Shown here piece by piece: positions 10,021 through 18,966 of a stretch of 64,000 nt of DNA. This DNA is from an uncultured Solirubrobacteraceae bacterium (GTDB lineage: Bacteria; Actinomycetota; Thermoleophilia; Solirubrobacterales; Solirubrobacteraceae), in assembly GCA_964588985.1 (NCBI GenBank), contig CAZPQW010000008.1, forward strand, positions 68,509-132,508, given 5' to 3'. Position 1 is the stretch's first letter, and the number at the start of each line of letters is the position of its first letter. The notes under the pieces are model-generated. The model was not told the DNA's origin, did not search any database, and saw only the letters and a list, made by a program, of their open reading frames with translations. The position numbers were made by a program, and so were the translations under genes.

Positions 10021-11418
10021 ATGGACGCCCCAGTCGAGACGAATCGCTCCGAGCCGATCGCCGTGGTGGGCCTCTGGCACCTGGGGAGCGTGATCGCGGC
10101 ATGCCTGGCGGACGCCGGCAACGACGTCATCGGCCTCGACCCCGACCGCGCCGTCGTCGTCGGGCTCGGCGAAGGTCACCCGCCGGTTTCCGAGCCGGGA
10201 CTCCAGGAGCTGCTCGCCGGCAACGCCTCACGCATGGAGTTCACCAGCGACCCGAGGGAGCTCGCGCGGGCGCGCTGCGCGTGGCTGACATTCGACACAC
10301 CCGTCGCCGACGACGACGTCGCGGACGTCGAATGGGTGCTCGACCAGGCGGTCGAGCTGCTCGCGCACCTGCGCGAGGACACGCTCGTGGTCGTCTCCTC
10401 GCAGCTGCCCGTCGGCAGCAGCGCGCGCCTGCACGAGCGCTGTGCCGCCGCGCGCGGCCCGGCCGGTGCGCTGCGCTTCGCGTGCGTGCCCGAGAACCTC
10501 AGGCTCGGCAGCGCACTCGAGTCGTTCCGCGAGCCCGACCGGATCGTCGCGGGGGTGCGCACCGAGGCCGACCGCGACGAGCTCGCCGAGCTGCTCGCGC
10601 CGTTTTGCTCGGAGGTGCAGTGGATGCGGGTGGAGTCCGCGGAGATGACCAAGCACGCGCTCAACGGGTTCCTCGCCACGTCGGTCGCGTTCATCAACGA
10701 GATCGCGTCGATCTGCGAGTCGGTCGGAGCCGACGCGCAGGAGGTCTCGCGCGGCCTCAAGAGCGAGCGGCGGATCGGCCCGCGCGCGTACCTAGGTCCG
10801 GGCGACGCGTTCGCCGGCGGAACGCTCGCGCGCGACATCGGCTTCCTGCGCGGCCTGGCCAAGCGCGAGGGGCTGCCCGCACACGTGTTCGCCGGAGTCG
10901 CGGACGGCAACGCCGCGCACAAGCACTGGACCCGGCGCAAGCTGACCGAGCTGCTCGGCGAGGATCTCGAGGACGGACATGACGTCCTGCGCGACCGCCG
11001 CGTGGCGATCTGGGGGCTCACCTACAAGCCGGGCACCGACACCCTGCGTCGGTCGAGCGCGATCGAGCTGTGCCGATGGCTGCTCACCGAGGGCGCCAAC
11101 GTGCGCGCCCACGACCCGGCCGTCAGTGCGCTGCCCTCGGACCTCGCGACCAGGATCGAGCTGTGCGACTCCCCGTTGGAGGCCGCCCGCGACGCGGAGA
11201 TCCTCGTCGTGTGCACGCCCTGGCCCGACTACCTCGAGGTGCCCGCTGAGGAGGTGCTCGAGGCCATGGCGTATGCGAGTGTGATCGACCCGGCGGGAGC
11301 GCTCAGCGCCACGCTCGGCCACCACCCGGGCCTGCGCTACGTGCGCGTCGGCTCGCCGTCGGAGCTCCCCGTGAGCAGGGGAACCGCCACCACGGCCGCG
11401 CAAGAGGCTCGCAGATGA
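10021..11418 (+). CDS. UDP-glucose/GDP-mannose dehydrogenase family protein lacking the catalytic Cys (LmbL-like)
   Basis: VVGLWHLG, PENLRLG, AEMTKHALN, WGLTYKPGTD; AFAGGTLARD where GxGGSCxxKD is canonical. Confidence 0.85.
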   Translation: MDAPVETNRSEPIAVVGLWHLGSVIAACLADAGNDVIGLDPDRAVVVGLGEGHPPVSEPGLQELLAGNASRMEFTSDPRELARARCAWLTFDTPVADDDVADVEWVLDQAVELLAHLREDTLVVVSSQLPVGSSARLHERCAAARGPAGALRFACVPENLRLGSALESFREPDRIVAGVRTEADRDELAELLAPFCSEVQWMRVESAEMTKHALNGFLATSVAFINEIASICESVGADAQEVSRGLKSERRIGPRAYLGPGDAFAGGTLARDIGFLRGLAKREGLPAHVFAGVADGNAAHKHWTRRKLTELLGEDLEDGHDVLRDRRVAIWGLTYKPGTDTLRRSSAIELCRWLLTEGANVRAHDPAVSALPSDLATRIELCDSPLEAARDAEILVVCTPWPDYLEVPAEEVLEAMAYASVIDPAGALSATLGHHPGLRYVRVGSPSELPVSRGTATTAAQEARR

Positions 11419-12290
11419 GCGAGGTCCTCGCCGGGCGCACCGCGCTGATCACGGGGGCAAGCCACGGACTCGGGTTGGAGATCGCGCGCGCGTATCTCGA
11501 CGCGGGCGCGGCCGGCATCGTCATCTGTGGGCGCGACCGGATCGCGCTGGAGGGCGCGCTCGGCGAGTTGAGCGAGCGGGCGGCCCCGGGCCAGACGGTG
11601 CTCGGCGAGCCGGCGGACGTTTCGCGCGCGGACGACGTCGAGCGGCTTGTGGCACTTGCGCTGGACCGGCTGGGGGAGGTCACGATCCTCGTGTCGAACG
11701 CCGGCGTGTACGGGCCGAAGGGCGCGATCGAGGACGTGGACTGGCTCGAGTGGACGCGGGCGGTGGAGATCAACCTGCTCGGCTCGGTGCTGCCCGCGCG
11801 GGCGCTCGTCCCGCACTTCCGCGAGCGTGGCTACGGCAAGATCGTCCAGCTCTCAGGGGGAGGAGCGACCGGCCCGCTCCCGGGTCTCAGCGCCTACGCT
11901 GCCTCCAAGGCGGCGGTCGTGCGCTTCGCGGAGACGCTCGCGGAAGAGCTGCGCGAGAGCCGCGTCGACGTCAACGCGATCGCGCCCGGGGCGCTCAACA
12001 CGCGGATGCTCGACGAGGTTCTCAACGCCGGCGCCGAGCGGGTGGGGGAGGACTTCTACCGGCGCGCGCTCGAGCAGCAACGCAGCGGCGGAGTCCCGCT
12101 GAGCAAGGGGGCCGAGCTGGCGGTGTTCCTCGGCTCGGCCGCGAGCGACGGCATCACCGGCAAGCTGCTCAGCGCGGTCTGGGATCCATGGGCGGATCTC
12201 CCGGCGCACGTCGCGGAGCTCGAATCGGACGTCTACACCCTGCGCCGGATCGTGCCCGGAGATCGGGGACTGGACTGGGGGGAGGTGTGA
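11415..12290 (+). CDS. Classical SDR oxidoreductase (putative NDP-sugar ketoreductase)
   Basis: TGASHGLG, SNAG, YAASK, NAIAPG. Confidence 0.85.
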   Translation: MSEVLAGRTALITGASHGLGLEIARAYLDAGAAGIVICGRDRIALEGALGELSERAAPGQTVLGEPADVSRADDVERLVALALDRLGEVTILVSNAGVYGPKGAIEDVDWLEWTRAVEINLLGSVLPARALVPHFRERGYGKIVQLSGGGATGPLPGLSAYAASKAAVVRFAETLAEELRESRVDVNAIAPGALNTRMLDEVLNAGAERVGEDFYRRALEQQRSGGVPLSKGAELAVFLGSAASDGITGKLLSAVWDPWADLPAHVAELESDVYTLRRIVPGDRGLDWGEV

Positions 12291-13027
12291 GTGCCCGCGC
12301 GGAGCCGCCTCCGGTGTGCATCCTCGCGGGCGGACGCGGAACGCGCCTCGGAGAGCGCGCCCGCGGCGTGCCGAAGCCGCTCGTCGAGGTCGCCGGAGAG
12401 CCGTTCCTGATCCACCAGCTGCGGCTGCTCGCGACGCACCGCGTGCGCGAGGTCGTGATCTGCGTCGGATACCGGGGCGAGATGATCGAGTCGCGCATCG
12501 GCATGGAGCGCTTCGGGATCGAGATCGCCTACAGCTACGACAGCCCGGCCCTGGACGGCACGCTCGGCGCGATCCGGCGTGCGCTCGCGCTGCTGGGCGA
12601 GCGCTTCCTCGTCCTCTACGGGGACACGTATCTACGCGTCGACTACGAGGCCGCGGACAGGGCGTGGCGCGACAGCGGGCTCGCGGCGCTGATGGTCGTG
12701 CTGCGCAACGATGGGAGATGGGACGCCTCGAACGTCCGCTACGAGCGCGGGCGCGTCCTCGCGCACGACAAGCAAGCCCCCACGGCCGACATGCGGTGGA
12801 TCGACTACGGCCTGGGCGGGCTCACGGCGCGGGCGCTGGAGGCCGTGCCGGAGTCCGAGTCCGACCTCTCGGCGCTCTACCGCGAGCTCGCCCGGCGCGG
12901 ACAGCTGTGCGGCTACCCGGTCGACGAGCGCTTCTACGAGATCGGCACGCCCGACGCCCTTGAGGAGACGGCGGAGTTCCTGCGCGAAAGCGCCCGCGAC
13001 GACGCTCAGGCCGCGCGCCGCGCGTAG
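12287..13027 (+). CDS. Sugar-1-phosphate nucleotidyltransferase (HddC / LmbO-like)
   Basis: ILAGGRGTRL..PKPL, VLYGDTY, FYEIGTP; GTG overlaps the SDR stop. Confidence 0.88.
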   Translation: MSARAEPPPVCILAGGRGTRLGERARGVPKPLVEVAGEPFLIHQLRLLATHRVREVVICVGYRGEMIESRIGMERFGIEIAYSYDSPALDGTLGAIRRALALLGERFLVLYGDTYLRVDYEAADRAWRDSGLAALMVVLRNDGRWDASNVRYERGRVLAHDKQAPTADMRWIDYGLGGLTARALEAVPESESDLSALYRELARRGQLCGYPVDERFYEIGTPDALEETAEFLRESARDDAQAARRA

Positions 13028-13962
13028 ACGCCACGGCGCATCGCGAGCGAGTGGCGCAGGTCGATCGAGTGGTCGAGCGACTCCGCCGGTGGCAGCGGCA
13101 GCCGTGGGCTCGACCCTCCCGCGCGCCAGCCCGCGAGCCGTCCTCGCAGCGCGAGCAGATCGCGGGAGATCCACAGGTCGCCGCACACCACGATCGCCTC
13201 GGTGACCAGCGTCCTCAGAGTCGTGGAGCCGTGCAGGAGGCCGTAGCGGCGCAGCATGTACCCGCGCCCGTAGCCCGCCTGACGACGTTGCCACGGTGAG
13301 CGATATCCGTGCGTCGCGGAGCCGATGTGGATTCCCACGGCATCCGGTTCGGCCACCGAGCGCCAGCCCGCGACACGCAGTCTGACCGCGAGGTCGAAGT
13401 CCTCCATGTAGGCGACGATCGTCTCGTCCAGGCCACCCAGCTCCTCCCACGCCGCGCGCCGGTAGAGCCCGGCGGAGCCTCCGGCGCCGAGGAACACGGG
13501 CTTGGAGTCATGCGCACGCGAGGCCGGGAGCCCCTGCAGGCGTGGGAAGCCGGCGAGGATCGGGTCTGCGGCAAAGCCCATGCCGTCGATCAGCTCCTCG
13601 CCCGGTTTGAGCATCAGCGAGCCGACCGAGCCCACGCCCGGGTCCCCTTCGAGGTGGCGGACCATTCGCTCAAGGAAGTCGGGACGACAGTCGACGTCGT
13701 TGTTGAGCAGCAATACGGCTTCGCCCGAGCCCGCGGCGACGCCCAGGTTGCACGCAACGGGGAAGCCGAGATTCTCGTCGATCTCCACGACCTGCACCGC
13801 CGGCCACTCGGCGTACAACCGCGCCCGCGTGTCGTCGGTCGAGCCGTTGTCCACCACGATCACGTGGTGCGGGATCGTCTGGGCACGCAGGTGACGCAGG
13901 CAGCTCTCGGTGAGCTCAAAGCGGTTGTAGGCGAGCATCACCACGTCGATCGACATCGGCAT
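13006..13962 (-). CDS. GT2 family glycosyltransferase
   Basis: VVDNGSTD, NLGF..ACNLG, LLLNND, YMEDFDL; start uncertain (13956/13962/13998). Confidence 0.88.
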   Translation of the reverse strand: MPMSIDVVMLAYNRFELTESCLRHLRAQTIPHHVIVVDNGSTDDTRARLYAEWPAVQVVEIDENLGFPVACNLGVAAGSGEAVLLLNNDVDCRPDFLERMVRHLEGDPGVGSVGSLMLKPGEELIDGMGFAADPILAGFPRLQGLPASRAHDSKPVFLGAGGSAGLYRRAAWEELGGLDETIVAYMEDFDLAVRLRVAGWRSVAEPDAVGIHIGSATHGYRSPWQRRQAGYGRGYMLRRYGLLHGSTTLRTLVTEAIVVCGDLWISRDLLALRGRLAGWRAGGSSPRLPLPPAESLDHSIDLRHSLAMRRGVYARRAA

Positions 13963-14185
13963 GGGGGCAATGTAGTCGCTGCGGTCCGTGTTCGCCACTA
14001 GTCAGAAACGAAGTTGTGAAAGAGGCCGGTTGCGTGAATGAGTGACAGGGCTCTCGACGGCACGGCTCTGTTCCCTGTAAACGCTGGTGTTGATCGGGTT
14101 TCCCGATTCGGCGTCGGACTGGACCGGGCGGTGAGCACGAGTCGGTCTCGACAGCCGCGCTGCAAGTGCGACGACCGCTGGTAGC

Positions 14186-15538
14186 TTGCGGGCCGTGCAG
14201 TCTCCACGTACAAGCTTGACGACGCGCACCACGTGTCGGATCTGCGGCTCGCCGCATCTGGTGCCGGTGCTATCGCTGGGTGAGCAGTACATCGCGGGCG
14301 CGTTCGCGGAGCCCGGCGGCGAACAGCCGGTCTCGCGACGCATACCGCTCGACCTGGTGAGATGCGACACGGCGCGCAACGAGAACGGCTGCGGCCTGGT
14401 GCAACTGCGTCACACCGTGCCTGGGGCCATTCTCTATCGCTCTTACTGGTATCGCAGCGGCGTCAACCGCACGATGACGCGAAACCTGCACGAGATCGCG
14501 GCTCAGGCGGAGGAGATGGTGAACCTGGGCCCTGGTGATTTGGTAATCGACATCGGCTGCAACGACGGCACGCTGCTCGACGGGTACAAGGCCTCTGATC
14601 TGAAGTACCTGGGCTTCGATCCCTCCGACGTCGGTCGCTACGCGGTCGAGAAGGGCTATGAGGTGGTGCGCGACTTCTACGCGTATGAGCACCTGCGCGA
14701 GCGGCACGTCGACCGCAAGGCCCGGATCATCACCAGCATCGCGATGTTCTATGACCTCGAGTATCCGTGCGCGTTCGTCGAAGCCGTCTCGCGGGCGCTC
14801 GCGGACGACGGTGTGTGGGTGATGGAGCTGCACTACCTGCCCGCGATGCTCGACATGAACCAGTTCGACGCGATCGTGCACGAGCATCTGGAGTACTACT
14901 CGCTCGCGGTGATCGAGCGGCTGCTGGGCGACGCCGGCCTGCGGGTCGTACGCGCCGAGCTAAACGACATCAACGGGGGCTCGATACGCCTCTTCATACG
15001 CCGCGCCAATCGCTTCGCGCCCGCGGGCGAACACGCGGAGAAACTCCAGCAGCTGCGCGTTCGCGAGTTCGAGATGGCGCTCGACGCGCCCGAACCTTAC
15101 GAGCGCTTCGCGTCGGCGACCGAAGCGGTCCGCGACAGCCTGGCGTCGATGTGTCGCACGCTCGTCGAGGAAGGCAAGACGATCCACGTGTACGGCGCAT
15201 CGACGAAGGGCAACACGATCCTCCAATACGCGGGCATCGACAGCACGCTCGTTCCCTACGCGGCCGACCGCAACCCCGACAAGCACGGCTCGGAGACGAT
15301 CGGCACGAAGATCCCGATCATCAGCGAGGAGCAATCCCGGGAGATGCGTCCCGACTACTACCTCGCGCTGCCGTGGCACTTCCTCGACGAGTTCCTCGAT
15401 CGCGAGCGCGAGTTCCTCGAGCGCGGAGGTCAGTTCATAGTGCCGATGCCCGAGGTTCACCTCGTCTCGGCGATGCCGGATGTGCAGATCGAATCGCGCG
15501 CGCATGAGGGTGGGCTCGTCTCACACACCAACTCCTGA
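14186..15538 (+). CDS. NDP-sugar C-methyltransferase (Zn-binding N-terminus, SAM domain, C-methyltransferase C-terminus)
   Basis: CRICG, C..CGLVQL, DIGCNDG, HEHLEYYS, YGASTKG, LPWHF. Confidence 0.88.
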   Translation: MRAVQSPRTSLTTRTTCRICGSPHLVPVLSLGEQYIAGAFAEPGGEQPVSRRIPLDLVRCDTARNENGCGLVQLRHTVPGAILYRSYWYRSGVNRTMTRNLHEIAAQAEEMVNLGPGDLVIDIGCNDGTLLDGYKASDLKYLGFDPSDVGRYAVEKGYEVVRDFYAYEHLRERHVDRKARIITSIAMFYDLEYPCAFVEAVSRALADDGVWVMELHYLPAMLDMNQFDAIVHEHLEYYSLAVIERLLGDAGLRVVRAELNDINGGSIRLFIRRANRFAPAGEHAEKLQQLRVREFEMALDAPEPYERFASATEAVRDSLASMCRTLVEEGKTIHVYGASTKGNTILQYAGIDSTLVPYAADRNPDKHGSETIGTKIPIISEEQSREMRPDYYLALPWHFLDEFLDREREFLERGGQFIVPMPEVHLVSAMPDVQIESRAHEGGLVSHTNS

Positions 15539-15557
15539 CCGCGATCTGACCGAGTCA

Positions 15558-16562
15558 ATGCCGATTCGCGTCGGAATCCTCAGCACATGGAACACTCGCT
15601 GCGGGATCGCGGAGTACACGCGGCACCTCGTGGACGCCATGCGCAGGCAGGGCGAAGTGGAGGTGACTGTGCTGAGCTCGCGCAATTTCGGAGAGCGCGC
15701 CCTGGCGCCGCCGGAGGATTGGGTCGAGCCCGCCTTCGACGTGCAGATCTGGCATCCCGAACACAGCTTCGATCTCGACGTCGAGACGATCCTCGATCTC
15801 GACCTCGACGTTCTCCACGTCCAGTACAGCAACCTGTTCTACGACCGCGGTCGTCTGATCGAGCTGTTGCGGCGCTTCCCGGGGGTGACGGCGCTCACCT
15901 ACCACGACAAGGGCGGCGTGCGCTCCTTCCCGTACGACCTGCCCGATCTTCTCTACGCCCACCGTGAGGATGTGGGCGTCGGGCCGCGGCGTTTCATCCC
16001 TCAGGGAATCGACCTGCGCAGGCCGGTCGTCAAGACGTTCGGACTGGGCAAGTCACGGCTGGACGTGATCGGGGAGATCTGCGATCGCAACGACTGGGAC
16101 TTCCAGCACAGCTTCGGCGAGGATCGCTGGCTCGAGAGCGAGGAGCTCTTCGCCTGGCTGAGGGACTCCGACGCGATCGTGCTGTGGTACGACGAAGACC
16201 CGCGGTCTGGCGGAAGCGCCGGCGCGCCGCTGGCCATCGGCACCCGCAGACCGGTGTTCGTCAACGACACGGAGTGGTTCAGCGATCTCCCCGAGCGCAC
16301 CTCGACGCTGCGCAAGCTTCACACTCCTGAGGAGCTCGAGCTGGCGATGCGCGAGGTGCTCGACGATCCCTACGCCGAGAGGCGCACCTGGGATCGGGTC
16401 GCCCAGACGCTGCTGAGCGACTTCCGCGCGGCGCGTTCGAGGCCGCCGATGCATGTCCCCAGGACGTGCGATCCAGTGCGGGGGCGCATCTTCGTGACGC
16501 TCGACCACAAGCCCCTTCGGCGCGTTGCTCGCCAAATGAAGTCGCTCGCACCCAGCGTGTGA
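15558..16562 (+). CDS. Glycosyltransferase, GT4/GT-B-like, compact
   Basis: GILSTWNTRCGIAEYT N-terminus, DVLHVQY, GSAGAPLAIG.RRPV. Confidence 0.65.
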   Translation: MPIRVGILSTWNTRCGIAEYTRHLVDAMRRQGEVEVTVLSSRNFGERALAPPEDWVEPAFDVQIWHPEHSFDLDVETILDLDLDVLHVQYSNLFYDRGRLIELLRRFPGVTALTYHDKGGVRSFPYDLPDLLYAHREDVGVGPRRFIPQGIDLRRPVVKTFGLGKSRLDVIGEICDRNDWDFQHSFGEDRWLESEELFAWLRDSDAIVLWYDEDPRSGGSAGAPLAIGTRRPVFVNDTEWFSDLPERTSTLRKLHTPEELELAMREVLDDPYAERRTWDRVAQTLLSDFRAARSRPPMHVPRTCDPVRGRIFVTLDHKPLRRVARQMKSLAPSV

Positions 16563-18067
16563 GCGATCCATCGCGTCCGGTCGCACAGCCGGTGGACGTC
16601 TGGGGCGAGACGCCGTCCGACGTGCTCGACACGCCGGATGCGGGGGTGGCGGCGATCCGCGGTGGCGCCATGCGCATCAGCGGCTACGCGATCTGCATCG
16701 CGGCGAGCGTCGTCTCCTCCGCGCTGATGCTCCGACATTTGGGTGTGGTGGCCACCGGCGAGTACGTCACCGTGCTGTCGCTCGTGACGATCAGCAGCAG
16801 CATCACCGACGGCGGCCTGGCGACGATCGGGGTGCGCGAGCTGAGCACGCTTCCACCAGCGCGCGCCCGGAGCTTCTTCCGAAACCTCGCGGGGGCGCGT
16901 CTGCTGTTCATCGCCGGCGGGATGATCTTCGCGCTCGCGTTCGCGCTCCTCAGCGGGTACTCCACGACGATGGTGGAGGGTGTGGTGTTCGCGAGCATCG
17001 GGTTCGCATCGCTCACCACGCAGACGACCTATCTGCTGCCGCTGATGGCCCGGTTGCGCTTGGACTGGGTGACCGCGGTCGAAACCCTGCGACAGATCGG
17101 CGCGGCGGTCGTGGTGGTGATGCTCGTGCTCATCGGCGCGCCGCTGCTGCCGTTCTGGGCGGCGACGATCCCGGCCGGGATCGTGGCGACGGCGCTCGCG
17201 GCGGTCCTGATACGCCGATCGATGCCGCTGCTGCCCGCGTTCGACCGCGCCGTGTTGGGGCCACTCATACGTCGCACGCTGCCATATTCGCTGGCGACCG
17301 CCGTCGGCATCGTCTACTTCCGGCTCGCGATCCTGGTCATGTCGTACGTGTCCACCGGCCAGCAGACCGGCTACTACGGAGCCTCCTTCCGAATCGTCGA
17401 AGCCCTGTTCGTGATCCCGCACCTGATCGTCGGGTCGACGCTCCCCATCTTCGCGAGGGCGGCGCGCGACGACCGCAAACGCCTGGACTACGCGCTCGGC
17501 CGCACGTTCGAGGTGTGCCTGCTGACGGGCCTGGCGGCGGGGCTCGCTCTCGTCACGGGCTCGCACTTCATCATCCAGGTCGTCGCGGGGCCGAAGTTCG
17601 CGCCAGCCGCCATCGTCCTGAGCATCCAGGGAGTCGCGCTGGTCGCGACGTTCGTGGGAGCGGTGTTCGGCTACGGGCTTTTGAGCCTCGAGCGCTATCG
17701 CGAGGTGCTCGTGATCAACCTGGGGGTTCTCCTGTTGAGCGGCCTGCTCACCGGCGTGTTCGCCTCGCGCTACGGTGCGCTCGGCGCGGCCGGCGCGACG
17801 ACCTTCGTGGAGCTGCTCTACACGGGGCTGCTCGCCCTCGCGCTAGTTCGCGCGGGCGCCCGGCCGCAGACGTCGCTCGCCGGGATGGCCCGCTTCGTCT
17901 TCTCGGCGCTGCTCGGCGTGCCTCTCCTATTGGTCCCGGGCATCCCCGACGTCGCGAGGCCGGCACTGGCCGTTGCCGTCTACTGCGCGGCGCTGCTGGC
18001 GCTCGGCGCGGTGCCGCGCGAGATCCTGGTCCTGATTCCCGGCCTGCGTCGCAAACTGCCTCTCTGA
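16559..18067 (+). CDS. Oligosaccharide flippase (Wzx / MOP superfamily)
   Basis: About 12-14 TM segments; RHLG..TGEY, DGGL, GYYGASFRI. Confidence 0.85.
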   Translation: MSDPSRPVAQPVDVWGETPSDVLDTPDAGVAAIRGGAMRISGYAICIAASVVSSALMLRHLGVVATGEYVTVLSLVTISSSITDGGLATIGVRELSTLPPARARSFFRNLAGARLLFIAGGMIFALAFALLSGYSTTMVEGVVFASIGFASLTTQTTYLLPLMARLRLDWVTAVETLRQIGAAVVVVMLVLIGAPLLPFWAATIPAGIVATALAAVLIRRSMPLLPAFDRAVLGPLIRRTLPYSLATAVGIVYFRLAILVMSYVSTGQQTGYYGASFRIVEALFVIPHLIVGSTLPIFARAARDDRKRLDYALGRTFEVCLLTGLAAGLALVTGSHFIIQVVAGPKFAPAAIVLSIQGVALVATFVGAVFGYGLLSLERYREVLVINLGVLLLSGLLTGVFASRYGALGAAGATTFVELLYTGLLALALVRAGARPQTSLAGMARFVFSALLGVPLLLVPGIPDVARPALAVAVYCAALLALGAVPREILVLIPGLRRKLPL

Positions 18068-18077
18068 GACGGAGGAC

Positions 18078-18809
18078 TCACCGCATCGGTGTCGCGAGCC
18101 AGTTGACGATCTTCGACGAGTCCGCGAAAGCGGAGCGTGCGAACGGCCCTTCGCCCGTGAGCGAGAAGATGCGATAGCCGAGCTCCGTGAGCACGTCCCA
18201 CGGGGCCTCCGGTGGATCTCCGTACATGGCGGAAGCCTCCGCGACGTGCTCGAAGATAACGACCGGTTGCACCCTGGCGAGCACGCCGCGCCCACCCTCC
18301 AGCACCGCGCGCTCAGCTCCCTCGACGTCGATCTTGACGACGCTCGGGGTCAGCTCGCCGATCTCGTCATCCAGCGTTGAGACCTGCACGTCGATGTAAA
18401 CCGGGCCGCCCTGAGCGTCGCTGAGACTCGGATGTCTGCGCAGGCCGCTCCAGCCGTCGAGCTTGGTGAAGTGACAGAACTTCGTCACCTCTTTCCTCGC
18501 GCCGATCGCGAGCGCTCGACAGTCCACGGCCGGGAACTCGCGGGCGATCTCGGTGGCCAGGCCCGGGATCGGCTCGAATGCCAGGTGGCGCCCGCGTGGC
18601 GCGATCCGCACCGCGTCGCGCAGGCCCTGCCCTTTGTTGGCTCCCACGTCGACGTATGTGCTGTCGCTTCTAAGCAAGCTCGCGAGGGCCACCTCCATCG
18701 CGAGGTCTTCGCGCAGCGCTTGGCGCGCCTCCGCGTCGATCGCCCCCAACAGGTGGGTCTTCTGTGTACGCAGCGCCACCCCCCAGATCGCTCTTTTGTA
18801 CAAGGACAC
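18078..18809 (-). CDS. FkbM family methyltransferase
   Basis: VDVGANKG, AFEP, TLDD, VKIDVEGAE, IFEH. Confidence 0.88.
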   Translation of the reverse strand: MSLYKRAIWGVALRTQKTHLLGAIDAEARQALREDLAMEVALASLLRSDSTYVDVGANKGQGLRDAVRIAPRGRHLAFEPIPGLATEIAREFPAVDCRALAIGARKEVTKFCHFTKLDGWSGLRRHPSLSDAQGGPVYIDVQVSTLDDEIGELTPSVVKIDVEGAERAVLEGGRGVLARVQPVVIFEHVAEASAMYGDPPEAPWDVLTELGYRIFSLTGEGPFARSAFADSSKIVNWLATPMR

Positions 18810-18966
18810 GCGCGTGAGCGTATCTGCAGGCCGCGCTGAGATTGGACGTCTGCGTCGCTCGGTCGCTCGTATGGGGTCTCCAGCCGGTCCACGTTGTCTC
18901 TGACCGCGTCGTCGTCCGAGGTCTCGCGACCTACGATGCTGTTGTGGCTCTCCTTGGCTTGCGTCC

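Noticed and set aside
4960-13027. A true lincosamide antibiotic gene cluster
   Set aside because: No LmbS aminotransferase, LmbC/D condensation genes, LmbT/V thiol transferases or resistance genes are recognisable. The flanks are glycan assembly and export genes.
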